Below, in pieces: positions 8,281-17,109 of a DNA stretch of 64,000 nt. The first letter of the stretch is position 1. Every line of letters starts with the position of its first letter. The DNA is from Christensenellaceae bacterium. GTDB lineage: Bacteria; Bacillota; Clostridia; Christensenellales; Borkfalkiaceae. Both the position numbers and the translations under genes were made by a program. Where the stretch lies: the NCBI GenBank assembly GCA_045653205.1, contig JAZOLT010000006.1, positions 65,943-129,942 of the forward strand, read 5' to 3'. A model generated the notes under the pieces. The model searched no databases. It was given only the letters and a program-made list of their open reading frames with translations, and was not told where the DNA came from.

Positions 8281-9207
8281 ATGAAATATGAAATAATGCT
8301 TTCTATTTTGTTTGAACTTTTGTCAAAAAAAAGCGTTACAGCTAAATACTTATCTGAAAAGTATGAAGTAAGTGTTCGTAGCATATATCGTTATATTAAC
8401 TGTTTAGAAATGGCTGGCATTCCACTATACACAAATCGTGGTAATGGAGGTGGTATTTCCATTATGGACACATTTAAATTTTCTTCCACATTTATGACTG
8501 TTACTGAGTTTGAACAAACCATTAACGCACTTACAGGAATTGTGGAAGGTGTTCCAAACAAGACGTTGAATAACGTTATAAATAAATTAAAATCTTTAAT
8601 TAAAAACGAATACGTCAATTTAAATCTATCCTCAGGAAATCTTATAATTGATGCAGCACCTTGGGGCGATGCAGTTGGATATAAGAGCAAGCTTGCTGTA
8701 ATACAAAAATGTATTGAGGAATGTTTAGAACTTGATATTCAATATCACGATAGAAACGGTATAGTTTCAAATAGAGTTATTGAGCCACATATTATAGTAT
8801 TTAAACAAGGTTTGTGGTATGTATACGCATATTGTAAACTAAGAAAGGAATTTCGATTTTTTAAGATTGGTAGAATTGAACACGCACGCTATCTTGATAA
8901 TAAGTTTATTAGGCGTGAAATCAAGAAAAGTGAATTACCATTAAACTTTTGGGAAAATAGCGTTGAAACGGTTAACGTTGTTATGGAAGTTAAGAATAGC
9001 TGTATTTCCGACGTTGAGGAATGGCTAGGCATTGAAAACGTTAAGCAAAAAGATGGTAAATTTATAGCAGAAGCCGTGCTACCAAACGATGCTGGATTAA
9101 TATCAAAAATAATTAGTTTCGGCAATGGAATTAAAGTTGTTTCCCCCATTGACATTAAAAATAAAATAAAGATTGCTTCTGAGCTAATTTTAGAAGAATA
9201 TAAATAA
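8281..9207 (+). CDS. HTH + WYL domain transcriptional regulator (YafY/PafBC-like architecture)
   Basis: The N-terminal wHTH is VSVRSIYRYINCLEMAGIPLY. The central WYL region is RVIEPHIIVFKQGLWYVYAYCKLRKEFRFFKIGRI. A C-terminal extension follows. Confidence 0.85.
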   Translation: MKYEIMLSILFELLSKKSVTAKYLSEKYEVSVRSIYRYINCLEMAGIPLYTNRGNGGGISIMDTFKFSSTFMTVTEFEQTINALTGIVEGVPNKTLNNVINKLKSLIKNEYVNLNLSSGNLIIDAAPWGDAVGYKSKLAVIQKCIEECLELDIQYHDRNGIVSNRVIEPHIIVFKQGLWYVYAYCKLRKEFRFFKIGRIEHARYLDNKFIRREIKKSELPLNFWENSVETVNVVMEVKNSCISDVEEWLGIENVKQKDGKFIAEAVLPNDAGLISKIISFGNGIKVVSPIDIKNKIKIASELILEEYK

Positions 9208-9233
9208 AAAACGCAGATTATATCTGCGTTTTT
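9207..9233. terminator. Bidirectional terminator between convergent WYL regulator and gpsA genes
   Basis: AAAAACGCAGAT-tata-ATCTGCGTTTTT, with an A-run and a T-run flanking the stem. Confidence 0.75.
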
Positions 9234-10194
9234 AAAATTCCTTTCTTGTAGTTCTTGAAAAAACTTTCATAAAAACTTGCATAGGTTCTTGATTTTCATA
9301 TATTATCGAATAAACTGCATTAACAATAGGTAAATCAACTTGATATTTTTCACCTAAAAGCTTTAATGCCTTAGTTGTTGAAACCCCCTCTGCAAGCTTT
9401 TCAAAGCCATTGCCTTTAACAAAATCTTCGCCAAACTTTCTATTATTAGAATACTTAGAAAAGAGTGTAGTCTCATAGTCACCTAAATGGCAAAGACCAT
9501 AAGCAGTGAGTTCTTTTCCACCCATAGCTTTAATAAGCCTAGAAATTTCTCTTGCGCCTCTAGCCATTAGCGGACCTTTTAGCGTTTCATAATCCCCCCC
9601 GTCAAGCATACCTGCTGCAATACCAATAACGTTCTTGGCGGCTGCGCCAACCTCGCTTCCAATAATGTCATCTCCATAATAAAAGCGAATTAATTCACTT
9701 CTAAAGCCATCGGCAAGGAGTTTTACTACATTAGGATTTGATGAATCTATTACCATACAATTTGGTTGACCTGCTAAAAATGATTGGATATGACCAGGTC
9801 CAACCCAAACAGCTAAATTGTCGCTTTTTATGCCACACTCAATTGCAACTTCTGTCAGTCTTTTTCCCGTTTCGGCTTCAAGACCTTTCATACACAAGCA
9901 TACAACTTTTTCGTCAAGCTTATATTTACACAATTTAGATTTTAAAAAATCACGCAAGCATTGTGCACTTATCGAGATAACTATGATTTCTGATTTTGAT
10001 ACTGCTAGCGACAAGTCTGATGTTAACTCAATGTTGGAATTTAATTTAACGTATTCGTTTTTTCCATAATCTTTTAGAACTTCAAACGATTTACGTCCCT
10101 CTTCTCCCCATTGAATAACATTATGCCCGAAAGAGGATAAATACCAACCTATGAACGAGCCCCATCTACCACAGCCTAAAACTGAAACGTTCAT
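9232..10194 (-). CDS. gpsA: NAD(P)H-dependent glycerol-3-phosphate dehydrogenase
   Basis: 320 aa. Has the N-terminal Rossmann motif VSVLGCGRWGS and a GpsA-like C-terminal half (GAAAKNVIGIAAG, GLCHLGD). Confidence 0.8.
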   Translation of the reverse strand: MNVSVLGCGRWGSFIGWYLSSFGHNVIQWGEEGRKSFEVLKDYGKNEYVKLNSNIELTSDLSLAVSKSEIIVISISAQCLRDFLKSKLCKYKLDEKVVCLCMKGLEAETGKRLTEVAIECGIKSDNLAVWVGPGHIQSFLAGQPNCMVIDSSNPNVVKLLADGFRSELIRFYYGDDIIGSEVGAAAKNVIGIAAGMLDGGDYETLKGPLMARGAREISRLIKAMGGKELTAYGLCHLGDYETTLFSKYSNNRKFGEDFVKGNGFEKLAEGVSTTKALKLLGEKYQVDLPIVNAVYSIIYENQEPMQVFMKVFSRTTRKEF

Positions 10195-10205
10195 AAAACT
10201 CTCCT

Positions 10206-10799
10206 TTATAAGCTTTTTCTATCTACAAATGCTCTTGCTAGGCTAACCTCATCAGCGTATTCTAAATCTGTTCCGATTGGAATACCGTGTGCAAGCCTTG
10301 TGACCTTTATTCCAAGTGGCTTGATAAGACTAGATATATACATTGCTGTAGCTTCCCCCTCAACGTCAGGATTGGTAGCCATGATAACCTCTTTCACTCC
10401 ACCTTTTGATATGCGTGAAAGCAACCCTTTAACGTCTATATCATTTGGACCAATACCGTCTAACGGAGAAATAGTTCCATGTAAAACGTGATAGACACCG
10501 TTATATTCGTTTAGTTTTTCAATAGCTATAACGTCTTTAGGCTCTTTTACAACACATATGGTGTCAGAGGAACGAACCTTGCAAACGTCACAAATATCAT
10601 CTTCTGAAAAATTTCCGCATACTGAACAGTATTTCACGTCTTTTTTTACGTTGAGTATTGCCTCCGCAAAGCTTTTAGCTTCCTCTTCGGTCATTTTTAT
10701 AACTTTATACGCAAACCTTTGTGCTGTTTTTGCACCTACTCCCGGAAGTTTAGAAAATTCAGTTATAAGCTTTCCAATAGGTTCTATATAAACCTTCAT
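10206..10799 (-). CDS. recR: Recombination protein RecR
   Basis: LPGVGAKTAQRFA HhH motif, CSVCGNFSE..CDVC zinc finger, Toprim region; dnaX-ybaB-recR synteny. Confidence 0.95.
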   Translation of the reverse strand: MKVYIEPIGKLITEFSKLPGVGAKTAQRFAYKVIKMTEEEAKSFAEAILNVKKDVKYCSVCGNFSEDDICDVCKVRSSDTICVVKEPKDVIAIEKLNEYNGVYHVLHGTISPLDGIGPNDIDVKGLLSRISKGGVKEVIMATNPDVEGEATAMYISSLIKPLGIKVTRLAHGIPIGTDLEYADEVSLARAFVDRKSL

Positions 10800-10800
10800 C

Positions 10801-11136
10801 TTATAAACCTAAGCCCCCAAAAGCACCCATTTTTTCAGTATAAACCTCATCCGCCTTAGTGTAACCATCATTTAAGGCTGCAACAATTAGGTCCTCAAGC
10901 ATTTCAATATCATCGGTATCAACAGCGTCTGGTGAAATATTTATAGCCGTTACAACCTTTTTCGCTGTCATTGTTACTTTTACAAGTCCACCGCCACTAG
11001 TTCCTTCTACCTCAGTTTCTTCAAGTTCAGATTGTGCTTTTTGCATCTCTTCTTGCATCTTTTGTGCTTGTCTCATTAAATTTTGCATTTGATTGCCTCC
11101 GCCAAATCCGCCGAAGCCACCTCTGTATCCTGCCAT
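10801..11136 (-). CDS. ybaB: YbaB/EbfC family nucleoid-associated protein
   Basis: 111 aa with MQNLMRQAQKMQEEMQKAQ..GGGLVKVTMT; lies between dnaX and recR. Confidence 0.9.
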   Translation of the reverse strand: MAGYRGGFGGFGGGNQMQNLMRQAQKMQEEMQKAQSELEETEVEGTSGGGLVKVTMTAKKVVTAINISPDAVDTDDIEMLEDLIVAALNDGYTKADEVYTEKMGAFGGLGL

Positions 11137-11150
11137 TTTATATCTCCTAT

Positions 11151-12752
11151 TTATTTTATTATTACAATATCCTCTCCGAATATCTTTTTTACCTTTTCAG
11201 TTGCATCTTCAATCTCGTTTAATTTAATTGATTCGCTCTTAAGCTTAACATCAATCTCAAACGAATATTCATTTAATGCTTCTAGTATTCGCTCTTTAAT
11301 TGGCTCTTGCTGTAACAACATAAAATCATCATTATTTTGAGCTTGCAAAACAAGTATATTGCCACTCATTGAAACAAAAACGTTTTGCATAATGCTCCAA
11401 ACTATTTGAGAGTTGTTTTCCTTAAGTCTTAAAAGCAATTTGCTTCTTATTTCATCAACAGAAAGAGAATCAAGCGAGACTTTATTTGTTTGTTCCTTCT
11501 TATTTTCATTTTGAGCTTCTTCACTAGGCTCAACTTTAACAATAGGTTCTTCCCTTTTTATAGTTTCACTTTTTTCTTCTATTTCATTTTTAACAACAAC
11601 ACCATCTTTTATGCTTTTTTCAAGCGTTGAAAGTCTTGCAAGAATTCCGTCGAAAGAACAATCAGCTTCTACCTCACAAGCTTTAACAGTAGCACATTCA
11701 AACAATATTCTAGGGCGAACACTATATTTGAGTTGATTTTCAATATCAGAGTAAATTTGTAAAATTCTAAGTAACCTTTGCTCGCTAACACTCTTTGAAA
11801 TACTACATAAAATATTGAACTTTTGCTCTGGCAAAGCGAGAATTGAATTTGCATTTTCACAAGTATTTATTATCAACATGTTTCTAATAACGTTTGTAAC
11901 GTCCTTTGTTAGCACACCAATACTTTTTCCTAGCGAGCACAAATCCTCAACAATTTGTAATGCCTTTCCAGCTTTAGAGTTCAACAATGAATTTATAAGC
12001 TCTAAAATGGTTTGTTCGTTAGACGCACCAAGAATTTCATTCACGTCGTCATATGTTAACTTTTTATTTGAATATGAAAGAGCCGTATCTGCAATCGAAA
12101 GTGCATCTCTAACACTTCCCTCTCCAGCCTTTGCAATAGCATAAATAGCCTCTTTTTCATATTCTTTTCCTTGCTCATCATAGATAGAAGCAATTAAATT
12201 TGCAATGGTTTCGGTTGAAACAAGCCTAAAATCAAATCTCATACAACGAGATAAAATTGTTGCTGGAATTTTATATGCTTCTGTTGTTGCAAGTATAAAT
12301 ACAACGTGCTTTGGTGGCTCTTCTAACGTTTTAAGCAACGCATTAAATGCTGCACCCGAAAGCATATGCACCTCATCGATAATATAAACCTTTAGTTTAC
12401 AAGAAACTGGTGGAAATTGCACTTTTTCCCTTAAATCTCTAATCTCGTTTACGCCGTTGTTTGATGCTGCGTCTATTTCAACAACGTCAATATTAGATGG
12501 GTCAGATAAAGCAACACAGGTTGCACACGTGCCACAAGGCGAACCATTAATTGGGTTTTGACAGTTAATTGCTTTAGCAAAAATCTTTGCGAGCGAGGTT
12601 TTACCCGTTCCTCTTGTTCCTGTAAAAAGATATGCGTGACCAAGCCTGTCAGTTTCTATTTGATTTACAAGCGTTTTTACAATATGCTCTTGTCCTAAAA
12701 CCTTATCAAATCCGTTTGGACGATATTTTCTGTATAGTGCAAGATGAGCCAT
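11151..12752 (-). CDS. dnaX: DNA polymerase III subunit gamma/tau
   Basis: ALYRKYRP, GTRGTGKTS Walker A, CGTCATC zinc module, SRC motif (LSRCMRF). Confidence 0.95.
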   Translation of the reverse strand: MAHLALYRKYRPNGFDKVLGQEHIVKTLVNQIETDRLGHAYLFTGTRGTGKTSLAKIFAKAINCQNPINGSPCGTCATCVALSDPSNIDVVEIDAASNNGVNEIRDLREKVQFPPVSCKLKVYIIDEVHMLSGAAFNALLKTLEEPPKHVVFILATTEAYKIPATILSRCMRFDFRLVSTETIANLIASIYDEQGKEYEKEAIYAIAKAGEGSVRDALSIADTALSYSNKKLTYDDVNEILGASNEQTILELINSLLNSKAGKALQIVEDLCSLGKSIGVLTKDVTNVIRNMLIINTCENANSILALPEQKFNILCSISKSVSEQRLLRILQIYSDIENQLKYSVRPRILFECATVKACEVEADCSFDGILARLSTLEKSIKDGVVVKNEIEEKSETIKREEPIVKVEPSEEAQNENKKEQTNKVSLDSLSVDEIRSKLLLRLKENNSQIVWSIMQNVFVSMSGNILVLQAQNNDDFMLLQQEPIKERILEALNEYSFEIDVKLKSESIKLNEIEDATEKVKKIFGEDIVIIK

Positions 12753-12762
12753 ACTTTCTCCT

Positions 12763-13347
12763 TTACTTAATCAGCGTTGCTAACTTTTTACGTATTCTTT
12801 GAAGTGCGTTATCAATTGATTTTGTGTTTTTAGTTAATTTATTTCCAATATCCTCATACGAATAACCAAGCAAAAATAAATTTAGTATATTGTGTTCGTA
12901 TTCGCTAAGGGTTTTTTTAATATTGTTTCTAAGCTCTATTTCGTTTTCTTTGTTTATGTATTCTGCCTCAGGGTCGTAATAATCATCTAGAACTATATCG
13001 CTTTTATCTAGGTCACTATCAACGTATCCCGATAACGAAACGTAGTTATTTAAGGGTTTGTTTTTATCTAAATTAGATTGCTTTATAAGTGTAAATATTC
13101 GATTTTTTACACATTTATAAGCATACGTCTTAAATAGCACGCTACCATTATAGGTTACTATTGCCTTAAAAAGACCTATCATACCCTCTTGCTTTAAATC
13201 TTCTACGTCGCCACCAATTAGATAATAAGGTCTAATTATAGTATCAACTATATTTTTATACCGATTAAGCAAAATCTCTATTGCATCAAAATCGTTCTTA
13301 TTTACAAGTTCGAACAATTTCTCATCGGTTAGAGTTTCATAACACAT
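12763..13347 (-). CDS. sigH: Sigma-70 family sigma factor, SigH-like by synteny
   Basis: 194 aa with region 2 (DLKQEGMIGLFKA) and a region 4 HTH (YSYEDIGNKLTKNTKSIDNALQRIRKK). Its position downstream of mrnC-rlmB matches Bacillus. Confidence 0.75.
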   Translation of the reverse strand: MCYETLTDEKLFELVNKNDFDAIEILLNRYKNIVDTIIRPYYLIGGDVEDLKQEGMIGLFKAIVTYNGSVLFKTYAYKCVKNRIFTLIKQSNLDKNKPLNNYVSLSGYVDSDLDKSDIVLDDYYDPEAEYINKENEIELRNNIKKTLSEYEHNILNLFLLGYSYEDIGNKLTKNTKSIDNALQRIRKKLATLIK

Positions 13348-14070
13348 TTATTTTTTTATCCTTTGTCTTACTGCTTCGTATACAGCAACACCACAAGCAA
13401 CAGATGCGTTGAGCGAATTTATTTTTCCAAACATCGGTATAGAAACTATACCGTCACACTTTTGTTTAGTTAATTTCTTCACACCACTATCTTCCCCACC
13501 AATTACTAGACATATTTTACCGCGTAGGTCAGTTTTGTAAATTTCAGAGCCACCAGCTTCAGCACCGTATATCCAATAACCATTATCTTTAAGGTAATCT
13601 ATAGTATTGTTAAGATTTGTAACCCTTGCTACTTTAACGTGATTTAATGCACCCTCTGAAACTCTCATAACCGTATCGTTAACTGATGCACTTCTGTCCT
13701 TAGTAATAACTAATCCATCAACTCCTGCACATTCACACACTCTTATAATACTACCTAAATTATGTGGGTCTAAAACCTCATTAAGCAAAACTATAAAACC
13801 GTCTTTTTCTGAACATTCGTTAACAATATCCTCTATATCAAAGTATTTGTAATCAGAAACAAATGCAATAAACCCTTGCGAACGCTTTGAATCACTTTCC
13901 TTTTCAATAACGTATTTATCTACTAATTGAACCTTAACTTTGTGAGATTTAATCGTATTGATTAAACGCTTGCTTGCCTCATCTTTTAAGTCCTTTTGCA
14001 CTAAAACTTTATCAATTTCTTTATCAGTTTTTAATAATTCGTAAACCGAATTTCTTCCCTCAACTTTCAT
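13348..14070 (-). CDS. rlmB: 23S rRNA (guanosine-2'-O)-methyltransferase, TrmH/SpoU family group 3
   Basis: SpoU motifs LNEVLDPHNLGSIIR, LVIGGEDSGV and SLNASVA. Confidence 0.9.
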   Translation of the reverse strand: MKVEGRNSVYELLKTDKEIDKVLVQKDLKDEASKRLINTIKSHKVKVQLVDKYVIEKESDSKRSQGFIAFVSDYKYFDIEDIVNECSEKDGFIVLLNEVLDPHNLGSIIRVCECAGVDGLVITKDRSASVNDTVMRVSEGALNHVKVARVTNLNNTIDYLKDNGYWIYGAEAGGSEIYKTDLRGKICLVIGGEDSGVKKLTKQKCDGIVSIPMFGKINSLNASVACGVAVYEAVRQRIKK

Positions 14071-14071
14071 T

Positions 14072-14467
14072 CTATTCTTGTCCTTTATTTAATAAAAAAT
14101 TTAATCTATCGTTTTCGCCTATAAGATACAAATATCCTAATACGGCTTCAAAGCCTGTTGACGCATTGTATTCTGCAACACTCGCACTCTTAGCTCTAGT
14201 GGTTTTCTTTGCATTCCTTGCTCTCTTAAACACATTCAATTCCTCTTCGGTAAAAAGATAAAGTATTTCAGATAAAAATTCTGACTGAGCACTTGCTTTA
14301 ACCTGCTCTACAGCTAATTTGTTTAGCTCACCAGCTTTAGAATCAGAGTAATATGTTAGCTTTTCTCTTACAAAAAGCGAATAAACAGCATCGCCGACAA
14401 ACGCCAAAACTACAGGATTTAGGTTTCGTGCTTTTTGTCTATCCATTTTTTGACCAAGCTTAAACAC
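14072..14467 (-). CDS. mrnC: Mini-ribonuclease 3
   Basis: LAFVGDAVYSLFVRE and the small size fit Mini-III. Uses a GTG start with GGGGG 6 nt upstream. Confidence 0.85.
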   Translation of the reverse strand: MFKLGQKMDRQKARNLNPVVLAFVGDAVYSLFVREKLTYYSDSKAGELNKLAVEQVKASAQSEFLSEILYLFTEEELNVFKRARNAKKTTRAKSASVAEYNASTGFEAVLGYLYLIGENDRLNFLLNKGQE

Positions 14468-14494
14468 ACACTACCCCCATTTTCTTTTTATACT

Positions 14495-14523
14495 ATTATA
14501 CAATATAATTAAATAAATTTCAA
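14495..14523 (-). promoter_or_regulatory. Sigma-A type promoter for mrnC-rlmB-sigH-dnaX...
   Basis: Minus strand reads TTGAAA (14523-14518), 17-nt spacer, TATAAT (14500-14495). Confidence 0.5.
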
Positions 14524-14524
14524 T

Positions 14525-14553
14525 TAAAAAACCCGAATATTTAAATTCGGGTT
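14525..14553 (-). terminator. Rho-independent terminator after cwlD
   Basis: Minus strand reads AACCCGAAT-ttaaat-ATTCGGGTT followed by TTTTTT. Confidence 0.8.
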
Positions 14554-14560
14554 TACTTTT

Positions 14561-15271
14561 TTAAAAGTCAAGTGTTGAATCTGCAAAATAATTTATTATT
14601 CCCTTAAAGATGGCATATGCTACTTCTGACTGATATTCATCGGTAAGCAATAACGCTTCGTCCTCTCTATTAGATAAAAATCCACATTCACATATTATTG
14701 ATGGAATTTCCGTGCAAGATAAAATATAGTAATCTCCTTTCAAATACAAACATTCCCTAGTTGCATTTTCCATATTGTTAAAAGAGTTTTGCATAGAATT
14801 AGCAAGCTTTATCGAGCTTTCACATTTATCTTTATAAAAAACCTGAGCTCCTCTTCTTGATGATGATGAATATGAATTCAAATGCACGCTAACTACTATA
14901 TCAGGGTTTGCGTTTTCAATTATTTTTTTGCGCTTTTCCATATCTTTGCGTTTCAGATTTTTAGTTGCTAAACCATATAACCCTGCCTCTGATGAACGAG
15001 TTAAAACAACTGAGATGCCTGCACTCAATAACAACGATTCCGTCTTTTTTACAATCCTTAAGTTTATATCACTTTCCTTAACGCCCGAGGTTCTTCCTAC
15101 AACTCCTGGGTCAACACCTCCGTGTCCTGCGTCTAGAACAACTTTAAGACCTGAGGATGTTGCCTCGCCAATTTTTAAGCTTGACAATGCACCAAAACAT
15201 ACTGCAAACGTGATTGCAGTTATAAGCAAAACAGATACGATTATTATGTTTCTTCTTTTTATAATAAACAT
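14561..15271 (-). CDS. cwlD: N-acetylmuramoyl-L-alanine amidase (Amidase_3), CwlD-like
   Basis: An N-terminal TM helix, then VVLDAGHGGVDPGV..E..NL.., DIVVSVHLNS and ECGFLSN motifs. The 236-aa size matches CwlD. Confidence 0.75.
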   Translation of the reverse strand: MFIIKRRNIIIVSVLLITAITFAVCFGALSSLKIGEATSSGLKVVLDAGHGGVDPGVVGRTSGVKESDINLRIVKKTESLLLSAGISVVLTRSSEAGLYGLATKNLKRKDMEKRKKIIENANPDIVVSVHLNSYSSSSRRGAQVFYKDKCESSIKLANSMQNSFNNMENATRECLYLKGDYYILSCTEIPSIICECGFLSNREDEALLLTDEYQSEVAYAIFKGIINYFADSTLDF

Positions 15272-15282
15272 TGTTCACCATC

Positions 15283-15312
15283 AAAAAATAAAAGGCACTA
15301 TAATTAGTGCCT
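15283..15312 (-). terminator. Hairpin plus U-tract downstream of fhs, abutting the cwlD RBS
   Basis: Minus strand reads AGGCACTA-atta-TAGTGCCT followed by TTTATTTTTT, then GATGGTGAACA-ATG (cwlD). Confidence 0.55.
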
Positions 15313-15418
15313 AGTTATTTATATTGATATTTAATGTCTATTATGCTTTTAACAACAAAATTTAAAGATTATATATATTAAATCTAGCGATTATGCAAAC
15401 TTAATCAAACAAATCTTT

Positions 15419-17092
15419 TTAGAACAAACCTGTAATCATTCCGTTAGAATCAACGTCGATATTTTCGGCAACTGGAATTTTTGGAAGGCCTGGCATTGTC
15501 ATAATTTCACCAGTTAAAGCAACTATAAAACCTGCCCCTGCTGAAACCTTAACTTGTCTAACAGTTACCGTAAAGTTTTCTGGTGCACCTAAAAGTAAAG
15601 GATTATCTGAGAAACTATATTGGGTTTTAGCCATACAAATAGGAAGATTACCAAAACCGATTGAAGTTAATCTTTCAATTTCATTCTTAGCAGTAGGAGT
15701 AAAGTTAACACCACTGCCACCGTAAACTTTGCAAACTATATCTTCAATTTTCTTTTCAATAGAATCCTGTTCATTGTAGCTAAACGTAAAATCGTTCTTT
15801 TGCTCGCAGAGTTTTACAACTTCTTTAGCAAGCTCCTCTCCGCCCTTGCCACCTTCAGCCCAAACGGTAGAAAGAACTACGTTTACGCCAAGCTCTTTAC
15901 ATTTATTTATTACAAGCTCTATTTCAGCGTCTGTATCAGATGGAAAACGATTAACAGCAACAACGCAAGGTAATTTATAAACGTTAATAATATTAGAAAC
16001 GTGTCTTAAAAGATTTGGCAAACCCTTTTCAAGCGCTACAAGATTTTCTGAATTAAGTTCTGTTTTAGCCACTCCACCATGCATCTTTAAGGCACGAATA
16101 GTTGCAACCATTACTACAGCATCGGGTTTTAGCCCAGCGTGACGGCACTTGATATCTAAGAATTTTTCAGCACCTAAATCTGCGCCAAAACCTGCTTCGG
16201 TAACAGCATAATCACCTAATTTCATTGCAATTTTTGTAGCAATAACCGAGTTGCAACCGTGTGCAATATTTGCAAATGGGCCCCCATGAACGAATGCAGG
16301 TGTTCCCTCTAACGTTTGAACAAGATTAGGTTTTAGAGCATCTTTTAAAAGTGCTGCCATTGCTCCTACAGCCTTTAAATCTTTAGGTGTTACTGGCTTA
16401 CCCTCGGTAGTATAAGCAACAACAATTCGTGATAATCTTTCCTTTAGGTCATCAATAGAAGAAGCTAAACAGAAAACTGCCATAATTTCAGATGCAACAG
16501 TAATATCAAAACCATCTTCTCTTGGGAATCCGTTTGCCTTGCCACCAAGACCGTCTGTAACAAATCTAAGTTGACGGTCGTTCATATCAACACACCTTCT
16601 CCAAGTAATCCTTCTAGTATCAATATTTAGTGCATTGCCTTGATGAATATGGTTATCAAGCATAGCTGCAAGTAAATTGTTTGCAGCACCAATTGCGTGA
16701 AAATCACCAGTAAAATGAAGATTTATATCTTCCATAGGAACAACTTGAGCATAGCCACCGCCTGCAGCACCACCTTTTACGCCAAAAACTGGTCCTAAAG
16801 ATGGCTCACGAAGAGCTACCACAACGTTCTTACCAATTCTTTTTAGGCCATCAGATAGACCAATAGTTGTAGTGGTTTTTCCTTCACCTGCTGGTGTTGG
16901 TGTCATTGCTGTAACTAATATAAGTTTGCCATCATTCTTATCGGTATCATTAAGAATTTTATAGTCTACTTTAGCCTTGTATCTACCATAATACTCAATG
17001 TAGTCTTCACTAACACCTAATATCTTTGCAATCTCAGAAACGTGCTTTAGTTTTGTTTGTTGAGCAATTTCAATATCACTTAAATATCCCAT
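15419..17092 (-). CDS. fhs: Formate--tetrahydrofolate ligase
   Basis: 557 aa with [15 protein letters not shown] and full-length FTHFS-like sequence. The SD AGGAGAA sits 17 nt after the purL stop. Confidence 0.95.
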   Translation of the reverse strand: MGYLSDIEIAQQTKLKHVSEIAKILGVSEDYIEYYGRYKAKVDYKILNDTDKNDGKLILVTAMTPTPAGEGKTTTTIGLSDGLKRIGKNVVVALREPSLGPVFGVKGGAAGGGYAQVVPMEDINLHFTGDFHAIGAANNLLAAMLDNHIHQGNALNIDTRRITWRRCVDMNDRQLRFVTDGLGGKANGFPREDGFDITVASEIMAVFCLASSIDDLKERLSRIVVAYTTEGKPVTPKDLKAVGAMAALLKDALKPNLVQTLEGTPAFVHGGPFANIAHGCNSVIATKIAMKLGDYAVTEAGFGADLGAEKFLDIKCRHAGLKPDAVVMVATIRALKMHGGVAKTELNSENLVALEKGLPNLLRHVSNIINVYKLPCVVAVNRFPSDTDAEIELVINKCKELGVNVVLSTVWAEGGKGGEELAKEVVKLCEQKNDFTFSYNEQDSIEKKIEDIVCKVYGGSGVNFTPTAKNEIERLTSIGFGNLPICMAKTQYSFSDNPLLLGAPENFTVTVRQVKVSAGAGFIVALTGEIMTMPGLPKIPVAENIDVDSNGMITGLF

Positions 17093-17109
17093 TATGTTCT
17101 CCTAAATAA

